Shown: in pieces, positions 52,726-64,000 of the stretch
Position numbering within the stretch: position 1 is the first letter of the stretch
Layout: every line of letters starts with the position of its first letter
Origin: Gracilinanus agilis
Lineage: Eukaryota
Assembly (NCBI RefSeq): GCF_016433145.1
Contig: NC_058134.1
Span: 292,421,770-292,485,769 of the forward strand
Length of the DNA stretch: 64,000 nt
Reading direction: 5' to 3'
Notes under the pieces: model-generated
What the model was told of the DNA's origin: nothing
What the model saw: the letters and a program-made list of their open reading frames with translations, nothing else
The model's database searches: none
Position numbers and translations under genes: made by a program

Positions 52726-52731
52726 TTTATT
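52726..52731 (-). terminator. Distal AATAAA polyadenylation signal of ASIC1
   Basis: tttatt on + strand about 2.2 kb past the stop. Confidence 0.55.
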
Positions 52732-54652
52732 AGACCAGAGGAGTGTCTCACTCACAATCCTGCTTGCTGCTACCATTGCTGCTTACAGTATAATTCCTCC
52801 TGTTTCCCAATAGGCAGTTTGGTTCTCTGTCCAAGTGAAAACCAGGAACCAGATGTTTATGGACTCCCAGCAACATCTTCCTCCCCACCTCTTACCTATC
52901 CCCCTACCAATGGGCTGGAGAGAACCAGTATTTCCTGGAATTAGAGGCCTCACCCTCATCATCAGAGACTGGGTTGGCCAGGGCCTTCCCCCAGGGAACT
53001 CTTATGGAAGAGGGCTTTAGGATATGTCTGGAGCATCTGAGATAATCTAAATAGGATGAACCGAAAGAGCAAACTTCTTTTCATTCTACATCTCAGGGGG
53101 AGGATGGGGAGATGGTATAACAACAGGAGTTCTCAACTCTTAGTCCTCTCTCATTATCAAGTCCAGCCTTGCTCCTCAAATCTGAACATTGGAGATATAG
53201 GCTTGGACCCCAGGTAAGAAAAGAGAGGATGGGTAGTCCATATGGGGGAGATTTGGGCCCTAGCCAATAAAATCTTGGGGATGAGGGCCTTAAATACTAT
53301 CTCCCAGCCACCTATATTTTTCTCAGCGGCTACTCTTCGAAGCTGCTGCGGTGTGTGTTTCTCACCCTTTACACTGTCTCTGATGCCTTAACTCCGTGCT
53401 CCAAGTACTCCATCACCTATAACTCTCCTTGGCTTGAGGCCAGGAGGAAATCTCCATCCTCTGAGCTAGCTGACAATTCTCTGTGCTCACCCCTTCCCCC
53501 AAGAGGAAAATGCCCGCCAGAACAGGAATAATGGGACTGATAAGAAGGAAGGAAGAAGCCTTAAGGCTATAGGGAGGGCAGAGAGTGCCTCAAGCATGGG
53601 AAGGTTGGGTTGGAGGGAAGGGAGGGCAGGGCAGAAAGAGGCAGAGCTTGTGATTCACAGCTTCCTTTATGTCCAAGACAGTGAGAGAGTTACAATGCAT
53701 ACGTCGTCTCCTTGTGCTTCTCAGGGGGATGTTTGTACACAGTACAGACACTGGAGGAGAGAGTCCAACACTTTATACAGGTGAAGGCATTCAGAGGGAT
53801 TGGTAGTGGGGTGGTCAGAGAGAGACACAGAAGGAGATTTGGGAGAAAGTAGGGATGAGACTCAGACACACAGGGGATGGGGATGGACAGAGACAAACGG
53901 GGGGGGGGGGCTTAAGGAAGGGAGTATATACAGAGTTATAGCAATATAGAGTCTGTATCATATAGAAATAGAAAATGCAGATGAAGTCATAGAAAGAAAC
54001 AAATGGAGTAGAGAGGACAAAGATTTGGGGAAGTTCCATAAGAAAATTTATGGATGTGGTCCCATGGAAGGGACCCCTGGAGGGAGGAACTGGGGGTTAG
54101 GAGAGAAATAGGTACCAGTTCCCCTCTCCCTGAGTTGGGAATCAAGTGCCTACATCTTTTACATGGGATGAGGATGAGGGATCCCATTCAAAAGTTTTTA
54201 ATTTGAGGATAGGACCAGGGCATGTTGTTATGAAACTTGTTTACTAAGGACTTATGCCTTGTCCTGCCCCAAGTCCCTTGGGAAACACTATCCAGACATT
54301 GACCTCTGTGGGGCACCCAGTAAGTTTAAGGAAGGGAGGAGGGCCAGGGGCCTCGGTTCCTGCCCTAGTGATTTACAATTGGAGGGGGGAAAACACTGTA
54401 CTTAAAGGATCTCTTAAGGCTAGGGAAGCCCTCCTCCCCCATTAGCCCTCCCTCCTAAGGTACATTCTCTGTCTGGGGCCCAATTCAAGACCCCTAAGGA
54501 TCCTTTCCACTCATGTCCTCCTTGCTGGGAGAGAGCTTCAGTGAAGCAGGATGAGGATTGATTTTCAAACAGACAGGTCAGGCTAGGAGCAGGGGGAGGC
54601 AGCATGGGGCAGAAAGGGACAGCCTGGGGTCCCTTGCCCCTTTTCTTTTTAG

Positions 54653-54658
54653 TTTATT
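54653..54658 (-). terminator. Proximal AATAAA in ASIC1 3'UTR
   Basis: tttatt on + strand about 255 nt past the stop, in an A-rich block. Confidence 0.3.
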
Positions 54659-54911
54659 TCTGTTGTTATTTGTTTTGTTAAAAATAAAAATGTATGGGTA
54701 TGGACGGCAAGGGAGTAGAGAAGAGCTCTGGACTCAGGACCCCCTTCTACCAGTTCTAGGAGGGAAAGTCTTTGAAGGGAGTTAGGAGCTGCCCTTGGAG
54801 TTGGGGGAAAGGGGCATTGGTAAGCCCCAGGGCAGGTGAGCAGCTTGATTTCCCATGTTTTCCTTGTTCTCCTCTTCCCTCCCAGGCCTTTGGTATGATG
54901 ACTGGCAGGGC

Positions 54912-60155
<5,244 letters not shown>

Positions 60156-61009
60156 CTAGTGGGAGGCAAAGAGACAAAGCCTGAGCCTGAGAATCTTCCC
60201 CTCTGGAACCTTCTTGTCCTTCAATACTAAAACAAATTACCCAGATTTTGCCCAGACTCCTGAACTAGCCCTCTTACCAAGAGCTTGAACTTTTAGCCCT
60301 ATACCCACAGGAAAGAATATACCCTGCCCCTGCAATGTGACACCAACATTCCATCTGGAATATGGGTCTCCTCAAGTCTCAATCCATCAGTCTCAGATCA
60401 CGTCCCTCTCATACCCCTATAATCCTGTTTCTCTTGGCCAATAGCTAAACTTTTTGGTTTTCTATTATTAGTTCCTTAATCAATTTATCAATTATAGCAC
60501 AAAGTTTATCACCTAATCCCTTTCCATATCGTCATATTCATTACTGTCCTTTGGGCAGAAGGGGCCCAATCAGTAGGCACATTCACCAGGTCCTATATCA
60601 TTATGCCAGTCACAACTGACAAGCAAAGCTATTAATGAGTTTGACCCAGATCCTTGACCTCCCCGGTGGAGAGAGGTGCTCCATCAGTCCGATGTAACTT
60701 CCTTCATTTTTCTGGTTCCCTTCTTACAGAAAGAGGCAGGGACAGAAAAAGATTTGAGATGTTGAGCTTAGTCTAGGTGAATATTCCCTTTCCATAACTG
60801 GTACCTAGGCTCTTCTTTGCTATCTCCTGGAGTATTAAGAACCACTAACCAAGGAACACTTGAAAAAGTATTTCCATAGAGAGCCCAGAAGAAATCTCTG
60901 CTTACAAATAAAAAGGCCCTCAACTTAACAGTTGGCCCTCTCAGTGTTTATCCCATAGCCCACATGATTCATTCTTTTTGATCCTCTCAGAAGAGAGGAA
61001 GCACCATCT

Positions 61010-61255
61010 GGTGGATAGAGAGTTGGAGAAAATATTCTTGGATTTCAAGTCCTAAAGAGCTGGGTTCAAACCTCACCTCTTGACATTTACTAGCTGTGTG
61101 ACCATAGGTATTTACTTAGTTTCCCCAAGTCTTACTTTCCTCATCTATAAAATGGCACTAATACTTACCTTACAGGTTGTTGTAGGGACCAAATGAGTAA
61201 TGTATGGAAAATATCTTACACACTTTAAGCACTATATAAATGTGCGTAATTATTA
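61010..61255 (+). mobile_element. MIR
   Basis: ctgggttcaaacctcacctct...tagctgtgtgacc...tttcctcatctataaaatgg...acaggttgttgtagg. Confidence 0.8.
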
Positions 61256-61376
61256 AATCTATCTCACAGCACTAATTAAGAATAATCATTTTTCACAAAC
61301 TGGGAGTATGTGGGTGTGGCCACGGGTACTATCACCTTTGAAAAGTATAGCATCCCAAAGGAAATTATAGAATTAA

Positions 61377-61574
61377 NNNNNNNNNNNNNNNNNNNNNNNN
61401 NNNNNNNNNNNNNNNNNNNNNNNNNNNNNNNNNNNNNNNNNNNNNNNNNNNNNNNNNNNNNNNNNNNNNNNNNNNNNNNNNNNNNNNNNNNNNNNNNNNN
61501 NNNNNNNNNNNNNNNNNNNNNNNNNNNNNNNNNNNNNNNNNNNNNNNNNNNNNNNNNNNNNNNNNNNNNNNNNN
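61377..61574. other. Assembly gap (198 N) in ASIC1 intron 3
   Basis: Run of N. Confidence 0.9.
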
Positions 61575-61720
61575 TAGTGAAGTCTCCTCAGAATGATGTT
61601 TTTAAATGCATAAAACAAAATACACAGGATTACAAAAGAAACCAATTAATACTCAAATACAGTCATTGAGTTACATATATTTTTAAAAAGTTAATGGACT
61701 CTAGAATTACGAACCCCATA
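61575..61720 (+). mobile_element. hAT-Charlie MITE fragment (Charlie4z-like), truncated by the gap
   Basis: ctcagaatgatgtttttaaatgcataaaacaaaatacacaggattacaaaagaaaccaatta resembles a remembered consensus. Confidence 0.6.
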
Positions 61721-63279
61721 TAGAGAGATAGCTCAGGAAAAAAGAAACAATGAGTATAGTTGGGTCAGAGATAAGAAGAAGAAAATCATTATTTCTTTGC
61801 TGATTCCTAATTCCCACCCTCAGAAGAATCTGGGGTCCCAGAATCCAGTAAGCCATGAGACATGACTGCTAATCCTCTCCACAACTAGGAAAAATACTCT
61901 TTCCCCTCCATTTTGAGGACAAAGTCCAGATAGCATAGCCATTTGTCTGGGACTCCCCAATTCTCTTCTCTTAAACCAAAATCAAAGCTTTGGATTTTTT
62001 GACCTCCCATCCAGAGTCACAGGGAGCATGGAGTCAGATGATTGTCAGGAAGGTATTGCTAAGGCACAAGGTGTATTGGAAAGAACAATAGCTCCTGGTT
62101 TACTTGTTTCACTTGTTGTGTGACCTTAAGTATGACACTTCCCTTCCCTAGGCCTCAGTTTCTTCATCTGAAGAATGTGGGAGCAGAGACAAGACAAGGA
62201 AGTCAAAGAAAGAAACTAAGGTGTGGTATATACCAAAACATTCAACACTCTTTGTGGTAGCAAGGAACTTAGAAACAAAAGGGGCACCCATCGTTCATCG
62301 AGAAACTCCTAAAAAACTGACCTTGCTATATGTATATAAAACCATCTTCCTGTATTGTAAGAAATGACAAATAAGAAGCCAGAGAAATGGGGAGATTTGT
62401 ACGGACTGATGTAGTTCAAAATGAGCAGATCCAAAAAGAGATCAATACATATAATAATTGTAACCACGTAAAGGAGTTGAACTCTGCGCAATAGAAAAGC
62501 CAATGAAGTTCCCAGGGAAGAGATAATGGATCACTCCTCCTCTCTTACAACAGAGAGGTGGGTGACTACCAGGACAGAATAGTGTATATAGTTTCTGTAT
62601 TAGATGTTTCCCTTGGTGACAAGGAAGTATTCATTTTGGAGCAAGTAATGGGAAATAAATATGGTTTAAGGATAAATGGCATCAATAAAACATTTTTAAT
62701 TAAAAAATAAGAACTAGATGATTTCTAAGAATATTTCCACTTTTTTTATCTTATGATTCTGGTAAAAGTCTCATATATATATATAAATTTTTTCATTAAT
62801 TCATTCAAGATTTGAATATTTAATGTTCTACAGAGGATTTCAAGGAAGTAGAAGGTGTAGTATCTGTTGCTATTAGGGGAAATAATGGGACTAAGAAGGG
62901 ATGGGGGATGTGGCGGGAGATCTGAGTTGTGAATCTGGAGCCCAGATGACATAAACTTTAGGACATCCTGCTCTGAGATACTGCTGCCACCTCGTGGTTC
63001 CAGAGGAGAAATTTCAGCTTATTAGTGGGCACTGCCAACCTTTCTCCCCAAAGCTTCTCTTCTCTACTCCTAATGTTTCTTTCCATCTCTCTAGGATCTT
63101 TGGGGAATTCTTTTGGGCTCAGGAGCTCAATAATTCCATTTTTCCCAGGTCCCTATGCTTTTCTGATGTGACATAGTCTGTCCATTCCCAATTCCTGCTC
63201 CAATGAGGATCCTGACAAGATTTTGAAGCTAGACTTTAGAGAAATTGAACAGTACTATTTGTGCCCAACCTGCAGTCTT

Positions 63280-63415
63280 CCTGTGACCACGGCAGAGCCT
63301 TCTGAGCTTGTAGTGGTCTGATCAGCCACAGCTGGATACACCGTACATCAACGCCAACGTCGTGATGTAATTTTGGTCTTCTTTAAGTATGAGGGACAAT
63401 GACAACAAAAACTTG
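63280..63415 (+). mobile_element. 3' fragment of an RTE-related marsupial SINE (WALLSI4-like; family tentative)
   Basis: tctgatcagccacag...gatgtaattttggtcttcttt...gagggacaatgacaacaa resembles an RTE-type 3' end. Confidence 0.5.
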
Positions 63416-63654
63416 GAGGATGGGTGGCAGGGTACCCTCTGACCATACACTGTACAGACTTTGGAGCTGTTAGGCAATATTGGAGCTGGGAGTGAGAACC
63501 CAGGAACCACAATGATTCCCAGTTCCTAATACTAACTCCCCTTTCTCCAAGGATTCTGAATAGCTGCAGATGGATGGAAGCCAGGCATGGGAAGATCATA
63601 TCCCATTACTGCTCACATATATACTCTTGACCTTGTGAGGCAAAGGAATGCACC

Positions 63655-63702
63655 CCCCCACACACACACCCATACACATACACACACACACACATACACA
63701 CA
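63655..63702. repeat. Imperfect (CA)n microsatellite
   Basis: cacacacacaccccatacacatacacacacacacacatacacaca. Confidence 0.9.
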
Positions 63703-64000
63703 ACTGGGGAGAAAAGATAGAAGTTTGGAAAAGTGTTGGGACAGGAAGGGAAGAATATACCTCTATATAGGCCTAGTCTTGATGCCATGAGAGGTAACTA
63801 ATTGTCTGCCAGATCCTCCCCCTACCTCTATCTTGTAATGGACAATGGCAGAATCTTCTTTCCTATTCCTCTGTCCTTCAAATTCCTGAGTATTGACCAA
63901 ACCTCATAGGATCCCAACCTTAGATCTTCTCTTTTCTCCTTCTTTTAAGCCTTCTTTTGTTCCCTTCTCAGATCTCTACTTCCAAGTCCTATTCCAAAGC

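Noticed and set aside
60156-64000. ASIC1a exons 2-3 or the ASIC1b-specific first exon
   Set aside because: No matching peptide found; presumably beyond the window end

Overview
Marsupial genomic DNA, most likely a didelphid opossum such as Monodelphis, inferred from young SINE1_Mdo-type SINEs, L1 3' ends and RTE-related SINEs. It is the gene-dense block orthologous to human 12q13.12, in reversed orientation. Genes: CERS5 (+, exons 2-10; exon 1 lies upstream of the window), COX14 (-, 59-aa single coding exon), GPD1 (-, all 8 exons, 349 aa), SMARCD1 (-, exons 2-13 visible; exon 1 almost certainly inside the N-gap 51322-51583) and ASIC1 (-, last 9 coding exons). All exon boundaries were placed by hand on GT-AG sites with matching phases; exon numbering and orthologue sizes come from remembered human structures. 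Introns and intergenic DNA are rich in CR1/L3, L2, MIR, L1, SINE1 and hAT MITEs. No prokaryote-type system, CRISPR array, rRNA or true tRNA gene is supported. The strongest signal is a 107-nt cassette exon in CERS5 intron 9 (13607-13713). It has strong splice sites, an in-frame TAG at its third codon, CU-rich tracts and a (CUG)10 run just downstream, and could act as a regulated poison exon or as an alternative C-terminus switch. Also notable: a stop-free, frame-preserving GPD1 intron 4 and two TSD-flanked copies of one hAT MITE family.
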